Shown here piece by piece: positions 41,105-50,305 of a stretch of 51,726 nt of DNA (position 1 is its first letter; each line of letters starts with the position of its first letter). A program made the position numbers and the translations under genes. This DNA comes from Luteolibacter sp. (lineage in GTDB: Bacteria; Verrucomicrobiota; Verrucomicrobiia; Verrucomicrobiales; Akkermansiaceae), in the NCBI GenBank assembly GCA_051648225.1, contig JBOFET010000537.1:1-51726 (forward strand). Direction: 5' to 3'. The notes under the pieces are model-generated. The model made no database searches. It worked only from the letters and a program-made list of their open reading frames with translations, and was not told where the DNA came from.

Positions 41105-41338
41105 GTCGGTTTCTGTTGGAAACCGGAACGTCCGGGCGGCGGGCGGGACTCACTTGGGATCCCCGGAACCAGCCACCGATGGCGCGTTCCGGAGAAGTAG
41201 GGGAAATAGTTCCGCTCAGACTCCACACGCCAACCCGTGCCACCGAATCATGGTGGCAGGAAGTTTAACTCGGAGTCGGGCGGGGGAATGCATCACGGGC
41301 GCGGATGTGGCAGGGATTCGGAGAGGCGTCAATCCTTT

Positions 41339-41447
41339 CGGACCGCGAGTCTCCAGACTCGCTTGCGAAAGAACCGACAAAGCGAATGAGCCAAGGCGCG
41401 CCCCTTTTGCATCCCTTTCTCCGACGAGCCTGGAGACTCGCGGTCCG
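41339..41447. repeat. Inverted pair of REP-like palindromic elements
   Basis: CGGACCGCGAGTCTCCAGACTCG (41339-41361) and its reverse complement at 41425-41447, 22/23 identical; each forms an internal hairpin. Confidence 0.75.
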
Positions 41448-41454
41448 GCGGCGG

Positions 41455-41880
41455 TCAAGCGCACTTCGGGCACACGCCGAAAAACTCCAGCTCGTGATAG
41501 AGATTCCGGAATCCGGTTTTCTCGCGGATTTCATCCTCCAGCTGATGCACCGGACAGGGCGCCTGGATCGGCTCGATGCTGCCGCAGCTGGTGCAAATCA
41601 GATAGTCGCTGTGTCTGCCCGGGAAGATCAGGGTGAAATAGGCGGCCCGCTCGTGCAGGCCCAGCCGCCGGACCATGCCGTGTTCTGCGAGGCGCTGAAG
41701 CAGGCGGAAAACGGTGGCCTTGTCGCACTGATCCGTGAGACGTGCGGAGGTGGCAAGTTCGGAGAGAGTCATCGGCCGCTTGCTTTCGAGCAGTGTGGTT
41801 AGGAGTTCTTCGAGGGCCTTGGTGCGGCGCAGGCCAGCCGCGCGGCAGCGGGCGATGGTTTCTTTGACGATGAGATTCAT
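41455..41880 (-). CDS. Fur-family transcriptional regulator
   Basis: GLRRT, KATVFRLL, HSDYLICTSCG, HELEFFGVCPKC. Confidence 0.9.
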   Translation of the reverse strand: MNLIVKETIARCRAAGLRRTKALEELLTTLLESKRPMTLSELATSARLTDQCDKATVFRLLQRLAEHGMVRRLGLHERAAYFTLIFPGRHSDYLICTSCGSIEPIQAPCPVHQLEDEIREKTGFRNLYHELEFFGVCPKCA

Positions 41881-41935
41881 GACTTGCAAAACGTAGGTCG
41901 GGGCATTTCCCAAGACAAGCCCTTGTCCCGGGAGG

Positions 41936-42180
41936 TCCCTCTTCACCGCCGGACCGCTCCCACTCCGCCGCCCGGCAGGCTCCGCTGCCGCCGCTTCACT
42001 CCCACTCCAGCGCCTGGTGACCCCACCTCGTCACCGGTTAGCGCCCACCTCGCCGCCTGGTGACTCCCTCCTTGCGGCCGGGTTGCTTCTGCTCGCCACC
42101 GGGTAGCACCCACCTCGTCACCGGGTAGGTCCCACCTCACCGCCGGGTAGGTCTCACCTCACCGCCGGGTAGCTCCCGCC
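41936..42180. repeat. Tandem array of ~11 degenerate 21-22 bp units, consensus CCCACCTCRYCRCCGGGTAGST
   Basis: Clear units start at 42001, 42022, 42044, 42066, 42088, 42109, 42131, 42153; weaker copies 41936-42000. Confidence 0.85.
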
Positions 42181-42209
42181 CGGTCGGAGCTTGTGTTCAA
42201 CCTGCTTTC

Positions 42210-42222
42210 CATCAACGACTTG
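42210..42222 (+). promoter_or_regulatory. IHF-like site
   Basis: CATCAACGACTTG versus WATCAANNNNTTR (mismatch at first base). Confidence 0.35.
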
Positions 42223-42356
42223 TCGTGAATTTTGGAAAAAAGAGCTGCTGCCCATGGCTCCGCAGTTCCTTTTTCTTCACACAATGTTCCTTGCCCTCTC
42301 CGAAACCACCCGGCAGTTTTCTATCAACCTCGTAAAAATCATTCCCCAGCCAACTC

Positions 42357-43067
42357 ATGAACGACCGCGACATCCTCCGCCACGACCGCCTCGACCGCGT
42401 CAACACCTACGGCATCGAGAACCACTCCGACCTGCCCGCCGGTTGCGAGGCCATCCAGCGCTTCGCCAACGTTGCCACCCTCTCCGGCAAGCTCAACCGC
42501 TTCAAAGTTGACCAACTCCGCGGACCCACCAGCCTCCAGACCCTGCTCGACGCCCTCTGGCTCGACTTCAAGGACATCGCCCGCACCGCCCGCGCCATCG
42601 ACCTCGACGAGCCCGGATTCATCGGGTTCTACCGCCTCCCCGGCGAACCCACCGAGAGCAGCATCAAGACCCACGCGGACTCCCTGCTCGCCCGCCTCGA
42701 AGACGCCCCCGCCGACGCCCCGGCCCAGCTCGCGGAAAAAGCCGCCCTCCGCGCCAAATTCATCGCCAAGCTCATCCCCGCCGACTTCGTCGAAGACCTC
42801 CGCGCCGACCGCGACGCCATCGATGGCAAAAACCTCGCCAACACCGCCGGCAACCTCAAAGGCCTCGAAAGCACCGAGAGCATCAGCGTCCTCCTCCTCG
42901 AAGGCACCCAGGAAGTCACCCGCCTCGACGCCATGATGCAGAACCTCTACCGCCGCAACCCCGCCAAGCTCCACGCCTGGCTCGCCGCCTCCCGCGTCGA
43001 ACGCAGCCCCAAGCGCAAGAAGGACGACGGCGACGCTCCTGACGGCACCACCCCGCCCGCGCCGTAA
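42357..43067 (+). CDS. Hypothetical helical protein (236 aa)
   Basis: Very strong C-ending codon bias; IARTARAI..DEPG..FYRLP, PADFVEDL, LDAMMQNLYR.NPAKL.AW..ASRVER. Confidence 0.85.
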   Translation: MNDRDILRHDRLDRVNTYGIENHSDLPAGCEAIQRFANVATLSGKLNRFKVDQLRGPTSLQTLLDALWLDFKDIARTARAIDLDEPGFIGFYRLPGEPTESSIKTHADSLLARLEDAPADAPAQLAEKAALRAKFIAKLIPADFVEDLRADRDAIDGKNLANTAGNLKGLESTESISVLLLEGTQEVTRLDAMMQNLYRRNPAKLHAWLAASRVERSPKRKKDDGDAPDGTTPPAP

Positions 43068-43259
43068 CCGTGAAAGCCTCCTTGTCATCTCGCTCCGGGT
43101 GGAAATGCTTGTTAGCCGAGTCTGGTGCCATACGCTCTAGATCCGGTGAAGCTCCTCCAAATAAAGAAAGAACTTTCTGGATCTGGGATCTTCCGAAAAT
43201 ACCCTAGTTGGACTGTTTGGAAAATCATCTTAGCAACCGACTTTATCCTAGACATTGTT

Positions 43260-43490
43260 ATGGCAGCACCAAAAAACAATTTTTCCAGCCGGAAATGCCC
43301 TTTCGGGAGCGGACTTGTCGTCGAGGATCACATCGAGATAAATCCGAATAGCTCAAACAGTCGGGATGAAGATTCTAATGATATTGAATGCCCACAGTGT
43401 GAGAAGGAATGGAGTACAAAGAGCAGCGGGACATTGGTGTGTAAATCAGATTCTACGCGAGCTATTCCGTTCGAAAATCTGCAGTTTTAA
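43260..43490 (+). CDS. Small putative Zn-ribbon protein or gene remnant
   Basis: CPFG...IECPQC; ATG at 43260 (ORF track extends to GTG 43125). Confidence 0.4.
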   Translation: MAAPKNNFSSRKCPFGSGLVVEDHIEINPNSSNSRDEDSNDIECPQCEKEWSTKSSGTLVCKSDSTRAIPFENLQF

Positions 43491-43550
43491 ACGGCAACCT
43501 CAGAAACGAGGATGACATTGTGCGCTTTGAGTTCTATCTGATCTTGGACG

Positions 43551-44405
43551 GTGTTCGAAAAATACAATCAAGATTTCAACCGACTCCCTGATTTTAAGCG
43601 GGGGGCTCGAATCGTGTTCTGGAACTTAAATCGCAAGTCGCTCACAACTCTGGTGACAGAACTCGTCCAAGTGAATGAGGCAGATGTGCTTATCCTGGCC
43701 GAGTGCTCCGCCCCTGCGGAGACGACCCTCGAAGCGTTGCGGTTGCATGTGGACCCGATGTTTTTTATGCCTAGATACAACTCGAATGGTCGATTTCATT
43801 GCTATTGCCGAAACTCGGAGCTTGACCTCACTGAGGTTCATAGCGGTTTTCGCACGAGCGTGCGCAAGCTGCGTATAGGATCGACTTCGGCTCTATTGGG
43901 GATCGTTCATGGTGTCGACATTCGGAACTATGACCCTGAGTCTCGGCAGGCGGCGGCTCAAGCTCTGGTGGATGAAGTGAGCTTTGTTAAAAATGAACAA
44001 GATAATAACCGCTTAATTCTCATGGGAGATTTTAATATGAATCCATACGATCGCGGGATGAATCTCCCAATGGGATTCAATGCCATGATGACCAAGACCT
44101 GTGTTGAGCGGGAACAGCGGACTTTCCTAGGCAAGAAATACGACCTCTATTATAATCCCATGTGGAGCTTATTTGGTGATGGAACTGCTGGGCCGGCGGG
44201 TACGTGTTACAACACGAGCAATCAAGGTCCGTATGGTTGGAGTATGTTGGATCAGGTAATACTAAATTACTCAATCGTGCCGAGTTTTGGAGGTGTGCAG
44301 ATACTGACTCATGCCGGAAACCATTGTTTGATCGATGCGAAAGGGCGGCCCAATGCATCTGTAGCTTCGGATCATTTGCCTATATTGGTAGAAATCAAAA
44401 AATAA
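43551..44405 (+). CDS. Endonuclease/exonuclease/phosphatase (EEP) family protein
   Basis: VFWNL, DVLILAE, VHG, MGDFNMNP, LDQVI, SDHLPI catalytic motifs all present. Confidence 0.9.
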   Translation: MFEKYNQDFNRLPDFKRGARIVFWNLNRKSLTTLVTELVQVNEADVLILAECSAPAETTLEALRLHVDPMFFMPRYNSNGRFHCYCRNSELDLTEVHSGFRTSVRKLRIGSTSALLGIVHGVDIRNYDPESRQAAAQALVDEVSFVKNEQDNNRLILMGDFNMNPYDRGMNLPMGFNAMMTKTCVEREQRTFLGKKYDLYYNPMWSLFGDGTAGPAGTCYNTSNQGPYGWSMLDQVILNYSIVPSFGGVQILTHAGNHCLIDAKGRPNASVASDHLPILVEIKK

Positions 44406-44409
44406 AAAT

Positions 44410-44946
44410 ATGAGTAGCTATTGGCCATCAGGTCTTAATTTAGAAGATACGTCTAGTCCTCTTGAGATAATTGAGGCTGCGAGGCAGCAATGGGATGCTC
44501 GCAGTAATGGGATGCTAACATTAATTGTGCAGATTACTCAATCTTATAACAAGAACGACATGATGATTATCCATGCGAAGCATATTCCATCAAATCGAAC
44601 TGCTACGCTTTTTTCGGTGGTGCATAGGCCTAACTTACCCTACCCAGCAATTATTCAGCCAAAAGGCGACGAATTGCCGGATCAATTCAAGAGGTCTTAC
44701 TATAAGCCGGGGATCGCCGAGATGTCGAACTTTACTGGAGTAATGTCGGGACGCGACATTACTAATGAATGGGTTTGTGATACACCCACAGAGTTCCGGT
44801 CAAAGCTTGAGAAAGTGTTCAACTTGGGATCTCTGAAGGCGGACGTGCTAAGTTTGGTATCGGGTGCTGCACCGGTTGATTCGCACGACGGCAGCCAAGC
44901 GGAGGACGGGCCGCAGGATGAGGAAGCTGAAGACGCAAATTCCTAG
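44410..44946 (+). CDS. Hypothetical protein, EEP partner
   Basis: Starts 4 bp after the EEP stop; YWP..SPLEII..A, TLFSVVH..YPA; acidic tail. Confidence 0.8.
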   Translation: MSSYWPSGLNLEDTSSPLEIIEAARQQWDARSNGMLTLIVQITQSYNKNDMMIIHAKHIPSNRTATLFSVVHRPNLPYPAIIQPKGDELPDQFKRSYYKPGIAEMSNFTGVMSGRDITNEWVCDTPTEFRSKLEKVFNLGSLKADVLSLVSGAAPVDSHDGSQAEDGPQDEEAEDANS

Positions 44947-45114
44947 TCAGGGAACGGGGTCAGTTCCGGCTAACAGCCGTTGACGGAAATTGGATTCACC
45001 CGGCCCTGCCTCAACCCTTGCCAGACGAGGGCGATTCCCTAACTTGCAGAGGCCCGGTGGCTGCGGTGATGGCCGGACTCCACCTTGCTCCGCCTTTTTT
45101 ACCCAAACGAACCC

Positions 45115-47208
45115 ATGCATCCGAAAATCCGTGAACTCGCCGATACGAGCCAATTCAGCCGCCGCACGGTGCGGGAGGCGGCGGATTACCTGCCGGAGGA
45201 CGACGCCTTACTGGACGCCGCCATCGGTGAGGCGGTGACCCGGCGGGATATCATGGGGTTTCTCCTACTGGTCTGCGCGGCGTTGTTGCGGGAGCGGCCG
45301 GTGCTGTCCCGCCACCTGCCGCGCGGCTTGCAACTGGTGTCTGCCACCGCTCCCGCTTGCTGCCTGGCCTGGCATGTCACGGGGGACGATGTGGGGGAGC
45401 GGTTGTTCGAGGGGCTCCGGCTCGGCGGGATCCATCAGGACTTCCACTTTGCCATCCTGACGACCATCCTCCAGTGGAGCAAAGAGCACGGCAAGGAGCT
45501 GCCCGAGGGATTCAAGATGGACGCCCGGATGTGGGCGCGGCGGGAAAAACTTAGTAACGAATCGGTGGGGCTGGCGGTCGCCATCGGCGTGGAATCCGGC
45601 GACGAACGGTTGATCGACATCGTGTTGAAGAGCAACCCGCGCCAGAAGTCCCGCGAGGTGGTCATCGGGGCGGGATTGGCGCTGGCCGCGAAGTTGCTGG
45701 TATTGTCGCGCAAGCCGATGATGGAGGCGATCCGCGAGGCCCCCGAGCAGACGGTGTCCGGCTACACGGTGCGGCGGTCCGTGGAGCACATCGGGCGGAA
45801 TGATCCTTGTCCGTGCGGGAGCGGAAAGAAATACAAGCGCTGTTGTTTCGAGAAGGACCAGCATCGGCTGGAACTATCCACGGATGTCGCGGGCAAGACC
45901 CACGCCGAGCTGGATGCGGAACTGGAGGAACACATGACGCTGGCGCGCCTGGGTAAAACCCAGCCCTACGCGCTCTCGCGGATCGATCCGGAAAAGCTGG
46001 ATGCGGATTTGCTAGAGCCGTTTCTCGAAAGACTGTTGGCACTGGAGATGTTCGAGGAAGCGGTGGCGGCCTTCGAAAAGCTCGGCATGCGGGAGGAGCT
46101 GCAGAAGATGTGGCAAATGATGACTTTCTATGCCTCGCAGGACGAGCGCAAGGATCTAGCGGAACGGCTGATGCGCGTGCGCGGCGAACCGCCGGAGAAC
46201 CGGGATGACCTTAGCCCCGGGTTAGAGTTGCTGCTGGTCCGGGACGATCCCGCCGCGTTCTTGAAGTGTATGGATGAAATCGCGATGGAGGCACTCAGCT
46301 TGAACCGGATGGCGTCGGTGAGTGATCTGGCATTTGGCCTGATGTTTTCGCCGCTGCGGTCGGTGGGCATCCTGTTATCCCGTGGCGTTCTGCCGGTTTG
46401 TCCAAAGGAGGAGGCCGTTACCATTCTGGATCAGATTTTGATCGCCCGTGACAAGCTCGACCTCTCGCCGGACGAGCCGTTCAGCGACGTGCTCGACAGA
46501 CGATTCGCCGAAGAAGAAGTGGCCGGCGGTGGCAAGGACACCGAGGCGCTGTGCCTCGCCCGCCAGAAACTCGAGGCCAAGGCGGGCGAGGTCCGCCAGA
46601 TGAAACACGCGCTGGAGCAACTCAAGGGCGAACTGGAGCGCCGGGAAAAGGCGTCGCCCGCGAAAAAGCTGGCGGATGTTTCCGCCCCGCCCGCCGCACC
46701 GGTGGATGAAAAGGCGCTCAAGGAACTGCGGGACAAGCTGGGAGCGCTCAAGACCGACCTCAAGGAGCGGCACGCCGAGCGGGCGGAACTGCGCCGCGAA
46801 CTCAGCAAGACGCTCTCGGACTTGGAATCGCTGCGCGAGACTGCCGCGAAAACGGCCATGCCGGAATCTCCCGTCGCCGCGGCGGATGCGGAGGATCGGC
46901 TGCTGTTACCCGGAGACGTGGACGGCAACCAGCCGATGCGCGTGATCGAGTTCCCAAAGAAATTCCAACAGACGCTGGAGAAATTCCCTCGGCAGGTGGG
47001 ACGTGGGGCGATGTCGCTGCTCGGACGTCTGGCAGGAGGGGAACCCGCCGCCTTCGTGGGAGTGGTGCGGCTCAAGGATTGCCCGGAAACCCTGCGCGCT
47101 CGGGTGGGCATCGACCACCGGCTGCTGTTTCGTCTGCAACCGGACTGCATCCAAGTGGTGGATCTGATCAATCGGCGGGATCTTGAGAAGCGTATCAAGA
47201 CGCTTTAA
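45115..47208 (+). CDS. SEC-C motif protein with coiled coil and C-terminal RelE/ParE-like domain
   Basis: [18 protein letters not shown]; coiled coil; C-terminal IEFPKKF...[13 protein letters not shown]...[10 protein letters not shown]. Confidence 0.8.
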   Translation: MHPKIRELADTSQFSRRTVREAADYLPEDDALLDAAIGEAVTRRDIMGFLLLVCAALLRERPVLSRHLPRGLQLVSATAPACCLAWHVTGDDVGERLFEGLRLGGIHQDFHFAILTTILQWSKEHGKELPEGFKMDARMWARREKLSNESVGLAVAIGVESGDERLIDIVLKSNPRQKSREVVIGAGLALAAKLLVLSRKPMMEAIREAPEQTVSGYTVRRSVEHIGRNDPCPCGSGKKYKRCCFEKDQHRLELSTDVAGKTHAELDAELEEHMTLARLGKTQPYALSRIDPEKLDADLLEPFLERLLALEMFEEAVAAFEKLGMREELQKMWQMMTFYASQDERKDLAERLMRVRGEPPENRDDLSPGLELLLVRDDPAAFLKCMDEIAMEALSLNRMASVSDLAFGLMFSPLRSVGILLSRGVLPVCPKEEAVTILDQILIARDKLDLSPDEPFSDVLDRRFAEEEVAGGGKDTEALCLARQKLEAKAGEVRQMKHALEQLKGELERREKASPAKKLADVSAPPAAPVDEKALKELRDKLGALKTDLKERHAERAELRRELSKTLSDLESLRETAAKTAMPESPVAAADAEDRLLLPGDVDGNQPMRVIEFPKKFQQTLEKFPRQVGRGAMSLLGRLAGGEPAAFVGVVRLKDCPETLRARVGIDHRLLFRLQPDCIQVVDLINRRDLEKRIKTL

Positions 47209-47327
47209 AACAAGCTCTTCGCGCCCCGAAAATGCCAAACCAACGTCGCCCTGGAACCGGGGGACTCGACCTCAAAGCCATTTTAGTGGAATGCTTGCGC
47301 GGCAGACTCCACCGGGCGGCAGCTTTT

Positions 47328-48188
47328 TCACGCCATGGCTTGCCGCTCGCGCTCGCGGTCCACCGTAGGGGGCGCTCCGAACATCCTGCGATACTCGCGG
47401 CTGAATTGCGACGGACTCTCGTAGCCGACGCGAAAGGCAATGCTCGCCGCATCCTCGTCGCGCAGGAGCAGCAGGCGGCGGGCTTCTTGGAGGCGGATTT
47501 GCTTTTGGAACTGGAGTGGACTCAGCGAGGTGACGGCTTTGAAATGCCGGTGAAACGAGGGTCCGCTCATCCCGGCGATCGTTGCGAGTTCATCAATACG
47601 GATCGCCTCATCGTAGCGGGTTCGGAGGTGATGGATGGCCCCGGAGATCCGGAAAAGCTCGCTCGCCGGAAAGGCAAGCTGCCGCAAAATCTCGCCACTC
47701 GGCCCACCGAGTAGGCGGAAAATGATTTCCTTTTCCGCCAAGGGGGCCAGCACCGGGATGTCTGCGGGGTGATCAAGCAGGCGAACCAGGCGCAGCACCG
47801 CATCGAGCAATTCGTCACTCAGCGTCGTCACGGCGAAGCCTTTCATGGCATCCACCGGGCTGGGAGACCGCGGCATTTCCAGCAGCAATGAACTCAGCAG
47901 GGTGAGATCCAGCGTCAGCGCCAGCGCGAGGTAGGGGGCCTCTATCACATGCGCCGCCACGGGCAAATGAGTGGGCGCGACGAGGTAGCTCATCGGGTAA
48001 TACTCAAATCCACCTTCCCCGAGAAAGACCCGCTTCCGCCCTTGGGCGACGAAGCAGATCACCGGTTGATAGATATTATAACAGAGTCCCGACGTTGAAT
48101 CCACCCGATACAAATCCAGCCTCGGGATGGCCGTGGGAATATGTTCGCGGTGGCACTGGCGGGACAGAAGTGTGCTGAGTTCATTCAT
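47328..48188 (-). CDS. AraC-family regulator
   Basis: YQPVICFVAQGRK, FHRHFKAVTSLSPLQFQKQIRL, VGYESPSQFSREY. Confidence 0.93.
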   Translation of the reverse strand: MNELSTLLSRQCHREHIPTAIPRLDLYRVDSTSGLCYNIYQPVICFVAQGRKRVFLGEGGFEYYPMSYLVAPTHLPVAAHVIEAPYLALALTLDLTLLSSLLLEMPRSPSPVDAMKGFAVTTLSDELLDAVLRLVRLLDHPADIPVLAPLAEKEIIFRLLGGPSGEILRQLAFPASELFRISGAIHHLRTRYDEAIRIDELATIAGMSGPSFHRHFKAVTSLSPLQFQKQIRLQEARRLLLLRDEDAASIAFRVGYESPSQFSREYRRMFGAPPTVDRERERQAMA

Positions 48189-48344
48189 AGAGATTTCCTT
48201 CCGATAGTCGCCTTCCTCCTCAGGTCAAGTGACCATCACGCAAAATCCCGCCTCGTTTGATCGGAATAGGCAAGAATCTGATCGTCCTGATCTACCGCTT
48301 GGCGGCACTTTTCGTTAAGGTCCTGCCAACCCTGTTTCTACACC

Positions 48345-49418
48345 ATGACCACCATGAATTACCAACTGCTTGGCCGCAGCGGCCTCCGTGTTTCAGATCT
48401 TTGCCTCGGCACCATGACCTTCGGTGACGACTGGGGCTGGGGTGCCGCCAAGGACGAATCCCGAAAAATCTACGATGCCTACCGCAGCGCGGGCGGCAAT
48501 TTCATCGATACCGCTAACATCTATACCAACGGCTCCAGCGAGAAACTCATCGGCGAGTTTCTATCCGGCCACCGTGAGGAAATGGTGATCGCCACGAAAT
48601 ACACCAACGCTGCCGCCGCCTTCACCGGTCAACCCGGCACGGATGCCAATGCTGGCGGCAACCAGCGCAAGAACATGATCCAGTCCGTCGAGGCGAGTCT
48701 CAAGCGACTCGGCACCGACTATATCGATCTCTATTGGCTCCACATTTGGGATCAAATGACGCCAGCCGAGGAAGTCATGCGAGCCTTCGACGATCTTATC
48801 CGCTCCGGCAAGGTCCTCTACGTCGGCATTTCAGATGCACCGGCGTGGGTCGTCGCGAAGTCTAACACGCTCGCCGAGTTGCGTGGCTGGACCCGCTATG
48901 TGGGATTGCAAATCGAATACAGCCTGCTTGAGCGCAGCGTCGAGCGTGAGCTTGTGCCCATGGCGCTCGATCAACAGATGACCGTCCTCGCTTGGTCTCC
49001 TTTGAAAAACGGACTTTTGACCGGGAAATATCTGCCCGAAAACCTCCCCGCCTCCAAGGCAGCAGGTGCCCGCATGCACAGCGAGATGATGCAGGGCTTC
49101 GGTGGGATCGATGATACTTCCCACTACATTGTCCGGGAAACACTGGCCATCGCCGAAGAACTGGGTGTCTCCGCCGCACAAGTCGCGCTGGCATGGCTGC
49201 GTGCCCGGCCTGTGCCGGTGATCCCGATCATCGGTGCGAGTAAGCTCGCTCAGCTTCATGATAACCTCGCCAGTCTGGAGCTAAAGTTTTCCGCCGCACA
49301 GCTCGCCCGCCTCGACCAAGCCAGCGCGATTTCCATGGGCTTTCCCCATGATTTCCTTGCGCTGCCTTCCGTCCGGGCGATCACCTCCGGAGGTCTTGCA
49401 GATCGGATCAAATTCTAA
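48345..49418 (+). CDS. Aldo/keto reductase
   Basis: LGRSGLRVS.LCLGTMTFG, FIDTANIY, SLKRLGTDYIDL, WSPL; divergent from AraC. Confidence 0.93.
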   Translation: MTTMNYQLLGRSGLRVSDLCLGTMTFGDDWGWGAAKDESRKIYDAYRSAGGNFIDTANIYTNGSSEKLIGEFLSGHREEMVIATKYTNAAAAFTGQPGTDANAGGNQRKNMIQSVEASLKRLGTDYIDLYWLHIWDQMTPAEEVMRAFDDLIRSGKVLYVGISDAPAWVVAKSNTLAELRGWTRYVGLQIEYSLLERSVERELVPMALDQQMTVLAWSPLKNGLLTGKYLPENLPASKAAGARMHSEMMQGFGGIDDTSHYIVRETLAIAEELGVSAAQVALAWLRARPVPVIPIIGASKLAQLHDNLASLELKFSAAQLARLDQASAISMGFPHDFLALPSVRAITSGGLADRIKF

Positions 49419-49567
49419 CTTCTTATGAAAAATCACCCGTTCGGGGGATGGACATGAATGACTCTCCAACTTAGATATAGAAATCAGCATCCGGAAAATC
49501 AGGATGCTGGTGAAACCCACCTTTCATTCCATCTATTTTGGAAGCGAAGAACAAAAAACAAAAAACC

Positions 49568-50305
49568 ATGATTCATAAAAACCAACTCATCTCACCTGTC
49601 ACACGCATGTCCTTGGTCATGTTAGCCGGAGTTGCCTTTGCACAGGCAGCTACGAACTCAGCAATGAACCAAACAGGAGTGAATCAGCTTAGTGGAACAG
49701 GCACCTCGATCACAATCGCCGCAGTCGGTCCCTACGACTGGGAATTTTTTAAAGTTCCAGCCGATGCAACAACTGGTACAAATCTATCACCACGGGCGGA
49801 GCGCGGCTTGGATCCATCCACAGGAGGAGCCAACCTTCAGGGGAGCAACCTTACAGATGGCAAAAAGGTGATTATTCTAAAAGGTCAGTGCGACATCAAT
49901 AGTAGCAGCCAGACCACCATTATGCAGATTTTTAACTATGATTCTGGTGTGACAGATTCAAGTTACCCTTACTTCCAGCTAAAGGCGGAAAAGAAAGTAT
50001 CAGGAACCAGTCTATGGCCGCTGACTGTTGGAGGGGTTGAAATTTGCAGGGTGAACGACTCGGTGTTCGAATTTGAACTTCGAACAAACAACAAGCAGTG
50101 GAGGCTGATTATCAAGCAAGGTGGTGCCACCATCTACAACGAGATCCGAACGCTGAATGGCACGAGTGGGCGCGCAGGCGTCACCCGGTTCAGGTTTGGT
50201 GCCTACCACCGCAACGGTGTCGGAGCCAAGGTCGCTGCTGATGTCCGTTTCCGGGGCACCCAAAGCAGTAGCATCACGGTATCAACGCCCAACACTGGTG
50301 TCTGA
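49568..50305 (+). CDS. Secreted beta-rich protein, PL7 polysaccharide lyase-like
   Basis: Signal peptide; PRAER, IMQIFN and FRFGAYH resemble PL7 RxEL / QIH / YFKxGxY. Confidence 0.55.
   Translation: MIHKNQLISPVTRMSLVMLAGVAFAQAATNSAMNQTGVNQLSGTGTSITIAAVGPYDWEFFKVPADATTGTNLSPRAERGLDPSTGGANLQGSNLTDGKKVIILKGQCDINSSSQTTIMQIFNYDSGVTDSSYPYFQLKAEKKVSGTSLWPLTVGGVEICRVNDSVFEFELRTNNKQWRLIIKQGGATIYNEIRTLNGTSGRAGVTRFRFGAYHRNGVGAKVAADVRFRGTQSSSITVSTPNTGV

Larger units (their letters stand above)
43110..44975 (+). mobile_element. Low-GC gene cassette bounded by inverted TGTTAGCCG / CGGCTAACA sites
   Basis: 9-bp inverted repeats at 43110-43118 and 44967-44975 coincide with visible GC drop and recovery; match integron core GTTRRRY / inverse core RYYYAAC. 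Confidence 0.5.

Noticed and set aside
41943-42140. 65-aa minus-strand ORF over the repeats
   Set aside because: The mostly 22-bp period is not a codon multiple and the peptide looks like a by-product of the array
41936-42180. CRISPR array
   Set aside because: Units are contiguous with no unique spacers, and no cas genes are present
42339-43088. 249-aa minus-strand ORF
   Set aside because: Mirror frame caused by the extreme C-ending codon bias of 42357-43067
44975-45115. Complete attC site
   Set aside because: No downstream GTTRRRY or long bottom-strand hairpin is visible; only the core-like motifs are reported
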